Assembly (NCBI GenBank): GCA_963714975.1
Contig: CAVQQD010000002.1
Coordinates: forward strand, 512,001 to 576,000
Direction of reading: 5' to 3'
DNA: 64,000 nt
DNA from: an uncultured Gammaproteobacteria bacterium
GTDB lineage: Bacteria; Pseudomonadota; Gammaproteobacteria; JAURND01
The translations under genes were made by a program, and so were the position numbers. Each line of letters opens with the position of its first letter. The stretch's first letter is position 1. The notes beneath the pieces are model-generated. The model worked only from the letters and a program-made list of their open reading frames with translations, ran no database searches and was not told the origin of the DNA. This document shows positions 46,870 through 57,069 of the stretch, piece after piece.

Positions 46870-47900
46870 ATGAAAATTTTATTTTGGTTAACAGGACTAG
46901 CACTGCTAGTCTCAAGTGCTGCCTTAGCGGACACCATATTAACTGGAGCGGGTGCCACTTTCCCTTATCCACTTTACGTCAAATGGGCACAGGCCTATCA
47001 GAAGAAAATCGCTGTGCGTTTAAATTATCAACCTATTGGTTCGGGTGGCGGTATTAATCAGATACAAGCTAAAACAGTGGATTTTGGCGCTTCAGATAAG
47101 CCTTTATCGAAAGAAGAGTTAACAGCTAGTCACTTAATCCAATTTCCTACAGTGGTGGGTGGGGTGGTTCCTGTGATTAATTTGCTTGGAATCCCCAGTG
47201 GACAGCTGAAACTTTCAGGTCCAGTCTTAGCCAATATTTATTTAGGTAAAATTAAAAAATGGAATGACCCAGCCATTGTGGCTTTAAATCCACAGCTTTC
47301 CCTACCGAATAAAGGTATTGTAGTAGTCCATCGTTCTGATGGTTCAGGGACAAGCTATCTCTTTACCTACTATTTAAGTCAGGTAAGCCCAGAATGGCAA
47401 ACGCGGGTAGGTAGTAATACAGCAGTGGCTTGGCCTGTGGGAATTGGCGGGAAAGGTAATGAAGGGGTAGCTTCCTATACCCAGCGGGTCAATGGCAGTA
47501 TTGGTTATGTTGAGTATGTCTATGCGGCACAAAATAAACTGAACTATGTGCAATTGATTAATCAAGCAGGCCATGCAGTTTCTCCTTCATTAGAATCTTT
47601 TGAAGCAGCGGTAAGTCAGCTACTTGGGATTCAGAGCAGCAATTTGCTGGCAGCATTACCAATAGCCCAGGTGCAGATAGTTGGCCTATTACTGGCGCCA
47701 CATTTATCCTGATGCAAACTGAACAAGATAATCCTGAAAAAGCCAAGGCAGTATTGGCATTCTTTGCTTGGGCCTATAAAGAGGGACAAGCAATGACCAA
47801 GGAATTAGATTATGTTCCTTTAGAAGATAAGGAAATTCAGCTAATTCAAGCCTCTTGGAAGCAAAATATTAAAGACAAGGCAGGAAACCCCATTTGGTAA
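46870..47900 (+). CDS. pstS: Phosphate-binding protein (one frameshift near 47620)
   Basis: GAGATFPYP, GSGGGI, DFGASD and RSDGSGT motifs; C-terminus in ORF 47712-47900. Confidence 0.92.
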
Positions 47901-49753
47901 CTAAATTGTCACAGCAATTCCAAACCCAGCGCCGCTTCGATCAACTGTTATTGGCAGTTGCTCTTTTCTTTGCCATTGTTTTACTCGTATTAGCTGGCTG
48001 TATTGTTTTTAAATTGTATCAGGCTAGCATCCCAAGCCTCCAAGCCTTTGGTTTGAGGTTTTTGATTAGCAGCGAATGGAATCCGGTAACCGAGCAGTTT
48101 GGTGCTTTAGTCGCAATTTTAGGGACTTTAACTACAGCTTTTATTGCGCTTTTGCTAGGAATCCCGATTAGCTTTGGTATTGCTGTATTTCTTACTGAGC
48201 TAGCTCCGACTATGCTTCGTCGCCCGTTACGCATTTTAATTGAATTACTTGCTGGAATTCCCAGTATTATTTATGGCATGTGGGGACTGTTTATTTTTGC
48301 TCCCCTTTTCGCAGACACAGTCCAGCCTTGGTTAATCGAACATTTGGGTAGTAGACCCCTAATTGGCCCATTTTTCCAAGGGGTCCCAATGGGAATTGGG
48401 ATATTAACCGCTGGAATTGTACTCAGTATTATGGTGATTCCTTTTATTGCCTCGGTAATGCGTGATGTTTTTGAGATTGTACCTGATCTACTTAAAGAAT
48501 CTGCCTATGCTTTGGGCGCCACTCGTTGGGAAGTAGTGTGGAATGTGATCCTACCCTATTCTCGTATTGGTGTTGTGGGTGGAATTATTTTGGGATTAGG
48601 CCGTGCTTTGGGAGAGACAATGGCAGTCGCTTTTGTGATTGGCAATTCACATGCATTATCCGCCTCAATTTTGATGCCAGGCAGCAGCATTTCCTCAGTA
48701 TTAGCCAATGAATTTACTGAGGCCACTGGAAAAATTTATAGCTCCTCTTTAAGCGAATTAGGGTTAATTTTGTTTGCGATCACTTTAGTGGTTTTTGTGT
48801 GTGCCAAGTTATTGACGCAGAGGTTAAAAAAGATCCTCCTCTCTCATGCCTTCTCCCCTTGTGGGAGAAGGCGCCGAAGGCGGATGAGGGGAAAACCGGA
48901 AAAAAATATGACACTACTGTATATTAAACGCAGATTAGTTAATTTTATTAATCTATCCCTTGCGACCTTGGCTATGCTGATTGGCCTATTGTGGCTAAGC
49001 TGGATTTTATTTAGCCTGGTTCAAAATGGCTTACCAGGTTTCTCTTGGGCACTTTTTACCCAGATTACCCAAGCACCGGGTGGCCAAGGTGGGTTATTAA
49101 ATGCCATTATTGGCAGTTTATTAATCGTGTTTTTTGCGGTCATCATTGGTGCTCCCATCGGTTTATTAGTGGGCACTTATCTTGCCGAGTTTGGAAAATA
49201 TAGCCGATTTGCCCGCATCGTACGCTTTGTTAATGATATTTTATTGAGTGCTCCGTCGATTATTTTAGGTTTGTTTATTTATCAACTCTATGTCGTCAAT
49301 GTGCAACATTTTTCAGGCTGGGCTGGTTCTTTTGCCTTAGCATTCTTAGTGGTGCCTATTGTCGTGCGCATTACCGAAGATATGTTTCTATTAGTGCCTA
49401 GTTCATTGCGAGAAGCGGCGGCTGCTTTAGGTGCTCCGCGGTGGAAAGTAATTGCTGAAATTGTGCTACGGGTGTCGAGAACGGGGGTGATCACTGGGAT
49501 TCTATTAGCTTTAGCCAGGATTAGCGGTGAGACAGCCCCCTTGTTATTTACTGCGTTAAATAACCAATTTTTGAGCTTTAATATGAACCACCCCATGGCC
49601 AATTTACCTTCAGTAATTTTTCAGTATGCCATGAGTCCTTATGCCGATTGGCACCAATTAGCATGGGCAGGAGCATTACTCATTACCGCCTGTGTTTTGG
49701 GATTGAATATTATCGTGAGAGTTGTGTTTAAACAAAAGCCGCCAATCACTTAG
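47894..49753 (+). CDS. PstC-PstA single ORF (pstA ATG at 48908 is in frame; no pstC stop)
   Basis: PstC motifs [10 protein letters not shown] and RALGETMA, then PstA motifs APSIILG and RISGETAP. Confidence 0.88.
   Translation: MVTKLSQQFQTQRRFDQLLLAVALFFAIVLLVLAGCIVFKLYQASIPSLQAFGLRFLISSEWNPVTEQFGALVAILGTLTTAFIALLLGIPISFGIAVFLTELAPTMLRRPLRILIELLAGIPSIIYGMWGLFIFAPLFADTVQPWLIEHLGSRPLIGPFFQGVPMGIGILTAGIVLSIMVIPFIASVMRDVFEIVPDLLKESAYALGATRWEVVWNVILPYSRIGVVGGIILGLGRALGETMAVAFVIGNSHALSASILMPGSSISSVLANEFTEATGKIYSSSLSELGLILFAITLVVFVCAKLLTQRLKKILLSHAFSPCGRRRRRRMRGKPEKNMTLLYIKRRLVNFINLSLATLAMLIGLLWLSWILFSLVQNGLPGFSWALFTQITQAPGGQGGLLNAIIGSLLIVFFAVIIGAPIGLLVGTYLAEFGKYSRFARIVRFVNDILLSAPSIILGLFIYQLYVVNVQHFSGWAGSFALAFLVVPIVVRITEDMFLLVPSSLREAAAALGAPRWKVIAEIVLRVSRTGVITGILLALARISGETAPLLFTALNNQFLSFNMNHPMANLPSVIFQYAMSPYADWHQLAWAGALLITACVLGLNIIVRVVFKQKPPIT
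48849..48891. repeat. Family A element at the pstC/pstA junction
   Basis: CCTTCTCCCCTTGTGGGAGAAGGCGCCGAAGGCGGATGAGGGG. Confidence 0.9.
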
Positions 49754-49761
49754 GGGTTTGC

Positions 49762-50523
49762 ATGAAACAAGACGAAAAGATCAGGACGCGCGATTTAAAT
49801 TTTTACTATGCCAAGTTTCGTGCGCTTAAAAATATTAATGTGAGCGTCATCAAAAATCATGTGACAGCACTGATCGGCCCCTCAGGTTGCGGCAAATCGA
49901 CTTTGTTACGCACTTTTAATCGCATGTATGAGTTATATGATGAACAACACGCTTTAGGGGAAGTGTGGTTAGATCAGGAAAATATTCTAACGCCTCGCTA
50001 TGATTTAAATCGATTGCGCAGCCGAGTTGGGATGGTATTTCAAAAACCAACGCCATTTCCTATGTCGATTTTTGATAATGTCGCCTTTGGGGTAAAGTTA
50101 TATGAAAATTTAAGCCATGTGGAGTTAGCTGCCCGAGTTGAATGGGCACTTCGCAAGGCTGCCTTATGGAGAGAAGTAAAGGATATATTAAAACTAAGTG
50201 GCCTAGGACTTTCGGGTGGTCAGCAGCAACGGCTTTGTATTGCTAGAGCCATCGCGGTAAGACCTGAGGTTATTTTATTAGATGAACCAACTTCGGCATT
50301 AGACCCGCTCTCTACCGCTCGTATTGAAGAATTAATTCGGGAATTAAAAGACGATTATACTATTTGCATCGTCACGCATAATATGCACCAAGCAAAAAGA
50401 ATTTCCGATTACACCGCATTTATGTATTTAGGGCGAATGATTGAATACAATAAAACTGAAGTAATTTTTTCTAACCCAACAGAGCAAGCAACCAAAGATT
50501 TCATTTCGGGAAAAGTGGGATAA
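49762..50523 (+). CDS. pstB: Phosphate ABC transporter ATPase
   Basis: [18 protein letters not shown] and [13 protein letters not shown] motifs. Confidence 0.96.
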   Translation: MKQDEKIRTRDLNFYYAKFRALKNINVSVIKNHVTALIGPSGCGKSTLLRTFNRMYELYDEQHALGEVWLDQENILTPRYDLNRLRSRVGMVFQKPTPFPMSIFDNVAFGVKLYENLSHVELAARVEWALRKAALWREVKDILKLSGLGLSGGQQQRLCIARAIAVRPEVILLDEPTSALDPLSTARIEELIRELKDDYTICIVTHNMHQAKRISDYTAFMYLGRMIEYNKTEVIFSNPTEQATKDFISGKVG

Positions 50524-50528
50524 TTTTT

Positions 50529-51215
50529 ATGCAAGCAAATCTGGGCATTTTAATTGTCGAAGATGAGGAACCCATTAAGGAAATGCTTAAACGTTGTTTA
50601 GAAATGGCGGATTATCGTGTCATGGAAGCTACAGATACAACTCAAGCTGAAAAGCGAATTCAGCAAGAGATGCCGGATTTATTATTGTTAGATTGGATGC
50701 TGCCTGGCCTAAGTGGCATTGATTATGTGCAAGTGTTACGCAAGAGCGCTCTAACCGCACATTTACCTATTATTTTGTTAACAGCTCGTGCCGAAGAAGA
50801 AAGTAAGATCCGCGGCTTAGATATGGGTGCGGATGATTATGTCACTAAGCCTTTTTCACCACGAGAACTTATTACGCGCATCAAAACGGTGCTGCGACGT
50901 GGTCCTTTGGTGGAGGCAAATGCTATTTTGATGGTGCGAGGTTTAATGGTTGATACTCAGTCCTGCCAGGTGACACTGGCAGGAAGGAAATTATCGCTCA
51001 CCACCGACAATTATCAGCTGTTGCTTTTTTTTATGCAGCACCCTCGAAAAGTTATTTCTCGTGAAAGTTTATTAATGCATGTTTGGGGTGGAGATAAAGG
51101 CGCCAGTGATCGCAGTGTCGATGTTCAGATATTGCGCTTGCGCAAGATATTAGCACAGCATGGCTGTGATGATTTGATTCACACGGTAAGAGGTTTGGGA
51201 TACCAATTTCGCTGA
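50529..51215 (+). CDS. phoB: PhoB-like response regulator
   Basis: LLDWMLPG and GADDYVTKPFS motifs; OmpR winged helix; located in the pst operon. Confidence 0.85.
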   Translation: MQANLGILIVEDEEPIKEMLKRCLEMADYRVMEATDTTQAEKRIQQEMPDLLLLDWMLPGLSGIDYVQVLRKSALTAHLPIILLTARAEEESKIRGLDMGADDYVTKPFSPRELITRIKTVLRRGPLVEANAILMVRGLMVDTQSCQVTLAGRKLSLTTDNYQLLLFFMQHPRKVISRESLLMHVWGGDKGASDRSVDVQILRLRKILAQHGCDDLIHTVRGLGYQFR

Positions 51216-51964
51216 TGCCAATGAATAGTAATGAACTCGTGTTGACCTCTTTAATATTTTTAGATACCCAATTGCGTCTCTTGGAAAGTATGCGGCAAGA
51301 TTTTGTCGCGAATGTTTCTCATGAATTACGTACGCCGCTTACCGTATTTCATGGCTATTTAGAAATGCTTTTGGATCTGACAAATCAACCAGGTAATGAG
51401 CAACATCAAATCTTAGAGCAAATGTATCAACAAAGTTTACGCATGAGCCAGTTGATTGAAGATTTGTTGCTTTTGTCACGTTTGGATAGTTATGTCAGTA
51501 AAGATAAATGCAGTTCAGTTGATGTGCCTTATTTACTTAAAACCATTGCTGAAGATGCTCGAGTGCTTAGTCGAGAGCAACAGCACAAAATCGAACTCTA
51601 TATCGATGATCAATTAAAAATCCAAGGGATTGAGCGTGAATTAAGCAGTGCATTTTCCAATCTTATTATTAATGCTATTAATTATACCCCGATGGGCGGT
51701 GAAATTAAGATTCGTTGGTTTAAGCAACAGCATCAGGCCTACCTGGAAGTCATTGATACCGGTATTGGTATTGCGCCCGAACATATTCCTCGACTGACCG
51801 AGCGATTTTATCGAGTAGACAAGGCTCGTTCACGCAGCACCGGTGGTACTGGTTTAGGCTTGGCCATTGTGAAACATGTTTTGTTACGACATAAAGCCAA
51901 TTTAAAAATTGCCAGCGAGTTAGGTCAGGGCAGTAGCTTTACCTGCATTTTTCCGCTGCTCTAG
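51215..51964 (+). CDS. phoR: PhoR-like histidine kinase lacking TM and PAS regions
   Basis: DFVANVSHELRTPL and RLTERFYRVDKARSR.TGGTGLGLAIVKH motifs. Confidence 0.82.
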   Translation: MPMNSNELVLTSLIFLDTQLRLLESMRQDFVANVSHELRTPLTVFHGYLEMLLDLTNQPGNEQHQILEQMYQQSLRMSQLIEDLLLLSRLDSYVSKDKCSSVDVPYLLKTIAEDARVLSREQQHKIELYIDDQLKIQGIERELSSAFSNLIINAINYTPMGGEIKIRWFKQQHQAYLEVIDTGIGIAPEHIPRLTERFYRVDKARSRSTGGTGLGLAIVKHVLLRHKANLKIASELGQGSSFTCIFPLL

Positions 51965-52040
51965 GGAGAGGGGACTACGGTATTGTTTTTAAGCTTCATG
52001 CTATATGCTGTGAAGCCTAAAACAACCGGAGATCTTTACT

Positions 52041-52445
52041 ATGATTGAAACAATTCAAAAATTGAAACAATTAAGCTTAGAAAAAACTGCAGATTTTTCC
52101 CATTGCTTTAATATGTTTATGGACCTTGCGGCAGAGCCGCAATTTGCTCAAGCAGGGCAAGCACTGCAAAGCAATAAAGAATTTTTCCAAGCGTTACTGG
52201 CGCCAGTAACTAATTTTTTTGGCGAAACTATTACTATGACTACTTTGTTTCCAGTCAGCGTCCAGCAATATCATTTAATTCATGGCTTTGCCAATCTTTC
52301 GAATCACTATATGGTTGCCTTTTATTTTTTTGATGATATTCAATGTGGAATAGCTTGTGCTTCTAAACTAGGTGAGATACGTAGCGAATTTTTTAGAATT
52401 ACCCTGATAGAAACTAGTTCTTCGCCTTCGTCGCTGCTGCATTAA
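52041..52445 (+). CDS. Hypothetical protein
   Basis: 134-aa ORF with GGAG RBS. Confidence 0.6.
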   Translation: MIETIQKLKQLSLEKTADFSHCFNMFMDLAAEPQFAQAGQALQSNKEFFQALLAPVTNFFGETITMTTLFPVSVQQYHLIHGFANLSNHYMVAFYFFDDIQCGIACASKLGEIRSEFFRITLIETSSSPSSLLH

Positions 52446-52488
52446 AAATCCCTTCTCCCAATGGTTCCCTACCCTTTCTCGGCGAAAA

Positions 52489-52586
52489 CGTCGTCCCGCG
52501 ACTTGATCGCGGGATCCATGCCATTGAGACGCACGAAACGTTAACTTCCCTGCTCCCTGGATTCCAGCTTCCATGCTGGGACGACG
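52489..52586. repeat. Family C element
   Basis: CGTCGTCCCGCGACTTGATCGCGGGATCCA...TGGATTCCAGCTTCCATGCTGGGACGACG. Confidence 0.88.
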
Positions 52587-52701
52587 AGGCTTTGGAAATT
52601 CACCGGGAATTGCTGGACTTGCATTGCTTAAATCGCTCATCTCAACTAGAATTCCTAATCAGATAACTTTGTTTTTAATTTTTAAAAGAAGAAAATACAG
52701 T

Positions 52702-53631
52702 ATGTCAGAACAAACCGGTAATCCTATTTCACAGCATTCATCTGGCAGCGGGTTTACCGCAGAGTTCATTCCAATCTCTGAACTTCAAAAATTTCTTCCG
52801 CTATTCAATAAAGAATTAAGCGAAAAAGTTTTTTCATACCATTTAATTCCTCAACCTTTTCCAGTCCAATTCGCATTTGCTTGTGATTTTTTTAAAGCTT
52901 TTGTTAATGGAAATCCATTACCCGAATCAATACCTAATTTTTTTGAAAAGTGGTTTGATTCTGGGCGATATAAATTGGCACATGGTGATGATTCAATTTT
53001 TACATTGCAAGATGAGAAAGGGCAAAATAAATCAAGAGGGCGCCGTGTCTTTGACTTATTTATTAAATTTGATAATTGGGGAGAAAGAGGGGTAACATTT
53101 GAAAAATATTTCAAAATTACTAACGGTTTACAACAACATCTCACCGTAGTACAAGAATTATTGAATGTTCTTAAACGTTATGACCCACAAGGTTCGCAAG
53201 CAGATGAGAAATTACAAAACGTAACAGCTGCTCCCTCATTGATTACTTCTTTTCAATGGTTGTCATCTGAAAGTCTAAAAACTCCATTTTTGCCAGAGAA
53301 AAAATTTACAGGTATGGCTGGACAAACCAACATTTCTATTCCACGGAATTTACCTGAAGGTCAGTCGTTCTCAAAGTTACCTCCAAGCTCTGAACTGGAT
53401 ACAAAAACTTCATTTTTATCAAAGAAAAAATTTATAGGTATGGTTGGCTTAATCAGCCTTGGGGGCTTGATTACCACAGCTTTAATGGCCAAAGATCGAT
53501 TGATGATCGAGGTTTATATTGCAGTCGTGATATTGGAAATTTTATTAACCACTTTTTTTATAGGTTTAACTGGTAAAAAAGTGTTAGATGATTGCCGTGA
53601 AATTTCCAGTCAGAACAATAGCATGGCTTAA
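52702..53631 (+). CDS. Hypothetical protein with a C-terminal two-TM hairpin (candidate effector)
   Basis: Start MSEQTG; very AT-rich; internal KT.FL..KKF.GM.G repeat x2. Confidence 0.6.
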   Translation: MSEQTGNPISQHSSGSGFTAEFIPISELQKFLPLFNKELSEKVFSYHLIPQPFPVQFAFACDFFKAFVNGNPLPESIPNFFEKWFDSGRYKLAHGDDSIFTLQDEKGQNKSRGRRVFDLFIKFDNWGERGVTFEKYFKITNGLQQHLTVVQELLNVLKRYDPQGSQADEKLQNVTAAPSLITSFQWLSSESLKTPFLPEKKFTGMAGQTNISIPRNLPEGQSFSKLPPSSELDTKTSFLSKKKFIGMVGLISLGGLITTALMAKDRLMIEVYIAVVILEILLTTFFIGLTGKKVLDDCREISSQNNSMA

Positions 53632-53636
53632 ATCAG

Positions 53637-53677
53637 TCATGAGATCCCTCGCTTCGCTCGGGAGGACAGCTGGGATG
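53637..53677. repeat. Family B half element
   Basis: TCATGAGATCCCTCGCTTCGCTCGGGAGGAC...GGGATGA. Confidence 0.78.
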
Positions 53678-53711
53678 AATCAAGCATTTTAAAATCCTTT
53701 TGCCCTAATCA

Positions 53712-54734
53712 TCATATTTCTCCTAACAATTGAGCAATTAGTTCGGGACTGGGTAATTGGCTTTTTAACTCCTTGGGCAATTTAGTAAATACTCGATATT
53801 GAGCAACACCAATAGGTTTATTTGCATCATGCAAAGTATATTCAACAATAGTTTTGCGCTTGCTTTTGCAAAGAATAATGCCTATGGATGGGTTTTCATC
53901 TGGCAATCTTACCTGCACATCCAGGGCGCGTAGATAAAATTGCATCTTGCCAACATATTCTGGCTCAAATTCTCCTATTTTTAATTCTACCGCTACGAGT
54001 GCCTTCAGTTGACGATGATATAGCAAAATATCAATGAAAAACTCCCTGTTGTCTACTTCAAGCTTATATTGGCTGCCAACAAATGTGAAAATTCCACCCA
54101 TTTCTCTTAGGAAATGCTCTATTTTCGCCAAAAGTGCTTGTTCCAGCTCATGCTCACTGTGGGCTTCACCCAATTCCAAAAAGTCAAAAGTGTACTCATC
54201 TTTAACTGCCAATTTAGCTTGTGTTTTGATTTCTTTAGGCAGGGTGTTTTCAAAATTGTTTTGATTTAAAAGGGTTTTTTCGTAGGCTTGATTTTCAATT
54301 TGGTGGATAAGGACATTTTTTGACCAGCCAAATTTGCGAGTCATCCGTAGGTAAAACTCGCACTGCAGCTCGTCCTTACACTGATCCATAATGATGAGAT
54401 TATTAGACCAGCTAATTTCTCTCACCAGTGGTGAGAGTTTTGGGTTTTGGTGGTAAGTTTCGTAAAATGAGCGCATTCGCCATAAATTAGGGGCAGAAAA
54501 ACCTTTTATTTCAGGAAAATCTATTTTTAAATCATTAGCTAATTGTTCTACTACAGACTTCCCCCAACCTTCTATTCGCTGACGTTCAATAATCATTTTT
54601 CCAATATCCCAATAAAGTCCCACTAGTGTTTTATTAACTGTTTTTAACGCTTCATATTGTGCCTCAGCAATGCGGGTCTTGATTTCTTTCAGGAGGCTGG
54701 CATAGTTTTTTATTTTTTGGTTAGTTGATGTCAT
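53712..54734 (-). CDS. YhcG/DUF1016 PD-(D/E)xK nuclease-domain protein
   Basis: LYWDIG, GWG..VV..LA.DL, KDEY.FDFL, IDILLYHR.L, VELK and GKMQFY motifs. Confidence 0.9.
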   Translation of the reverse strand: MTSTNQKIKNYASLLKEIKTRIAEAQYEALKTVNKTLVGLYWDIGKMIIERQRIEGWGKSVVEQLANDLKIDFPEIKGFSAPNLWRMRSFYETYHQNPKLSPLVREISWSNNLIIMDQCKDELQCEFYLRMTRKFGWSKNVLIHQIENQAYEKTLLNQNNFENTLPKEIKTQAKLAVKDEYTFDFLELGEAHSEHELEQALLAKIEHFLREMGGIFTFVGSQYKLEVDNREFFIDILLYHRQLKALVAVELKIGEFEPEYVGKMQFYLRALDVQVRLPDENPSIGIILCKSKRKTIVEYTLHDANKPIGVAQYRVFTKLPKELKSQLPSPELIAQLLGEI

Positions 54735-54801
54735 TGGAATATTCAGCAGGTGAATCAAGCATTTAAAATCTTCTAGGGGACGTGCGCAAAATAACTTCAA
54801 A

Positions 54802-55308
54802 CTATTGTGCACGTTCCTTTGTTCCTACCATCACGCAGAGTGCATAACAAGGTTCAGAATTATTATTGATCCAAGTATGTTCTGGACCAACCTGTACTAG
54901 AAAATCTCCAGCATGTAAATCAATTTTATTTTTACCGACAATGCAGGTAATTGATCCAGATAAAATGAAAATATAATCCACTGAATTGGTGCTGTGTAGG
55001 TTAAATTTTGTCCAATCTGTGGGAATAGCTTGCCCAGAATTTTGCAGGTCTGCGGCTATTTGTGCTTGGGTGGGCATACAAATCTTTAAAAACCGCATCG
55101 CACCCTCTGGCAAGTGAAGATCGTAAATATTATCTAGATGTCGAGTTGCCAAGGTTTGTGGATTTTCTTCTGTATAGAAAAGGTCCTGCAAATAAAAAGA
55201 GGGAAGAGAAGGGTATGGTGCAAGAGCTGCAATTTTTTCATCGGCAAGGATGGTTGACTTTTGATTGGCATTGATGCCTGATATAACTCTGCGGGTTTTT
55301 TTTAACAT
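54802..55308 (-). CDS. Cupin domain protein
   Basis: RRVISG, LHSTNSVDY and GDFLVQ.G..H.W.N motifs. Confidence 0.8.
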   Translation of the reverse strand: MLKKTRRVISGINANQKSTILADEKIAALAPYPSLPSFYLQDLFYTEENPQTLATRHLDNIYDLHLPEGAMRFLKICMPTQAQIAADLQNSGQAIPTDWTKFNLHSTNSVDYIFILSGSITCIVGKNKIDLHAGDFLVQVGPEHTWINNNSEPCYALCVMVGTKERAQ

Positions 55309-55324
55309 TTTTTATCCTTTTTAG

Positions 55325-55385
55325 GTTAAGCCACCGCGATTTGAGGTCACAATTTGTGACCTCAAACTTTCAAATTCCTGAGGAA
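55325..55385 (-). pseudogene. ORF6N-domain gene remnant containing a 13-bp-arm palindrome
   Basis: Minus strand reads QEFESLRSQIVTSNRGG; TTTGAGGTCACAA-T-TTGTGACCTCAAA at 55340-55366. Confidence 0.6.
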
Positions 55386-55508
55386 AAAGAACTGGTAAGA
55401 AATTTTGACCGGTTTTAAAGGCTACAATGATTCGTGTGCTTCTGCTCTTACCGCGACTTGTTGGTAATTCGTTTTATTACGCCATGGCCATAATAAACAT
55501 AGTAAGTA

Positions 55509-55895
55509 TTATGCCGTCTTATTCTCTGTGTGCTTTTTCCAATGTATACCCAACATCACATTAAATTTCGTAGCTTTGGCGATAGGGCAAATAGTTCTAT
55601 GACGTTTTTCGAGCCTCACAAAACCATAAGCCGACAGTGTTTTTAATGTCCTAGACAAGTTATTGAGTTGACGTCCTGTGATCGCAGCTAATTCACTTAT
55701 AGAATCAGGTTTTTTCTCTGTAATAATTTGTAATAAGGCTTGATTTTCATCACTTAATACCTCTGCGAGTGACCTTATTGAAGTAAACCAAATTTTAGGC
55801 TCATCTGGTTTTGGTTTGTATTTACCTTGTGCAACCGCAAGCGTTCGTTCTCTGATTTCTTTTTGCGACATAAGGCCAATTCTGACAGTCTTCAT
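55509..55895 (-). CDS. HTH transcriptional regulator / antitoxin-like protein
   Basis: KIWFTSIRSLAEVLS and SISELAAITGR..NLSRTLKTL motifs. Confidence 0.78.
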   Translation of the reverse strand: MKTVRIGLMSQKEIRERTLAVAQGKYKPKPDEPKIWFTSIRSLAEVLSDENQALLQIITEKKPDSISELAAITGRQLNNLSRTLKTLSAYGFVRLEKRHRTICPIAKATKFNVMLGIHWKKHTENKTA

Positions 55896-55945
55896 TATGG
55901 TTACTCCTTTATTCCGAGTGCATTCAATCTCTCCAATCCTAGCTT

Positions 55946-55987
55946 AAAACAAGGGGTCCCCTCAACCGTAAGAACGTAGGAACCCCC
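55946..55987 (-). terminator. Possible intrinsic terminator of the 152-aa gene
   Basis: Imperfect GGGG/CCCC stem followed by TTGTTTT on the minus strand. Confidence 0.45.
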
Positions 55988-56008
55988 TCATCTCAAGTTT
56001 ATTACTTC

Positions 56009-56467
56009 TTAGAACAAACCGGTCTGTTTTTTCTGCGTGAGCAGGTCCATGAACCGGTTACATTCTTCCCAGGGTACGTCCCCATGACGATAACTCAGCG
56101 CTTTACACAGCAAGCGGCAGAATTCACCATGGTAGACGGGATATTTCACAAAGCTAAAAACATAAGCTCCGCCAGCTACGATTTCTGCAATGGCTCGTGA
56201 GAACATATGCAAATACTCCAGATGCTCCTTAAATTCTCGGTAGCGTATGAAGGTTTGCAGGCGAGACTCATAGATGCATAGCAGACGCCCATCGGTTAAG
56301 ATTGCCGTGAAACTAAGCCCCACTAACGCGGAGATTTCACGTAAATACTCTTTCTCGTTGGGATCGCATACGTCGCAGTAACGTTTGAAGCTAGAGTGGA
56401 ATATTTCAGCAAGACGATAAATGTCGTTGCTCGATAGCGGCAAAGCCGCTAAAGTAGGATTAGCCAT
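56009..56467 (-). CDS. Hypothetical protein (152 aa, Cys/His/Tyr-rich)
   Basis: AGGAGG RBS; own promoter and terminator candidates. Confidence 0.65.
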   Translation of the reverse strand: MANPTLAALPLSSNDIYRLAEIFHSSFKRYCDVCDPNEKEYLREISALVGLSFTAILTDGRLLCIYESRLQTFIRYREFKEHLEYLHMFSRAIAEIVAGGAYVFSFVKYPVYHGEFCRLLCKALSYRHGDVPWEECNRFMDLLTQKKQTGLF

Positions 56468-56633
56468 CTTGACCTCCTATAACAGGTTAATTTGGTTAGC
56501 ATCGTCATTGGGCTGCAATCCCTTTGACGGTGCGCTTACAAGATACGGAGACATTTGCTCCCCATTGGAAAACTGATGTCTCCATCTCCCGCTTCCTTGT
56601 AGTGGATTTAATACACAACAAGAAAGCGAGTTG

Positions 56634-56662
56634 ATTATCCCCTCTAAGAAAAAGCCTGTCAA
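56634..56662 (-). promoter_or_regulatory. Sigma-70 promoter
   Basis: TTGACA-17 nt-GATAAT on the minus strand. Confidence 0.7.
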
Positions 56663-56830
56663 CGCGGGTTTCAAATTTTTTAAATTAGGTGAGTTTACTG
56701 TGTCTTCGATGGGCGAATAGTATATTGTTATTCATTTCTTTCAATACTTTAGTTGTTTTGGTTGTGACAGAACTGATGCACCCAAGGTTGAACAACAGAA
56801 TTCACAAAACCGTCCATCGGAGGTTTAAGC

Positions 56831-57046
56831 ATGTCACAGATCCCACCCTGCCTCGAACAAATTTTTGACGATCTAAATAACAGTGATGAATTCAAAATTC
56901 TTCTCATTATTTTTGCTGCCTGTATAGTAGTAGCAATGGGCCTATTTCCCCTTCTGGGTTCTTGCTGCTGCGGAATTCAGGATCAAGGAGCGCCGGATAA
57001 TAACAATCCACCACTTCCACAAAACCAAATGCGTACGACGCAGTAG
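56831..57046 (+). CDS. Small single-TM protein with CCC motif
   Basis: GGAGG RBS; hydrophobic helix followed by SCCCG. Confidence 0.55.
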   Translation: MSQIPPCLEQIFDDLNNSDEFKILLIIFAACIVVAMGLFPLLGSCCCGIQDQGAPDNNNPPLPQNQMRTTQ

Positions 57047-57069
57047 CTTCAGAAGGCCAGCCTTGAGGA

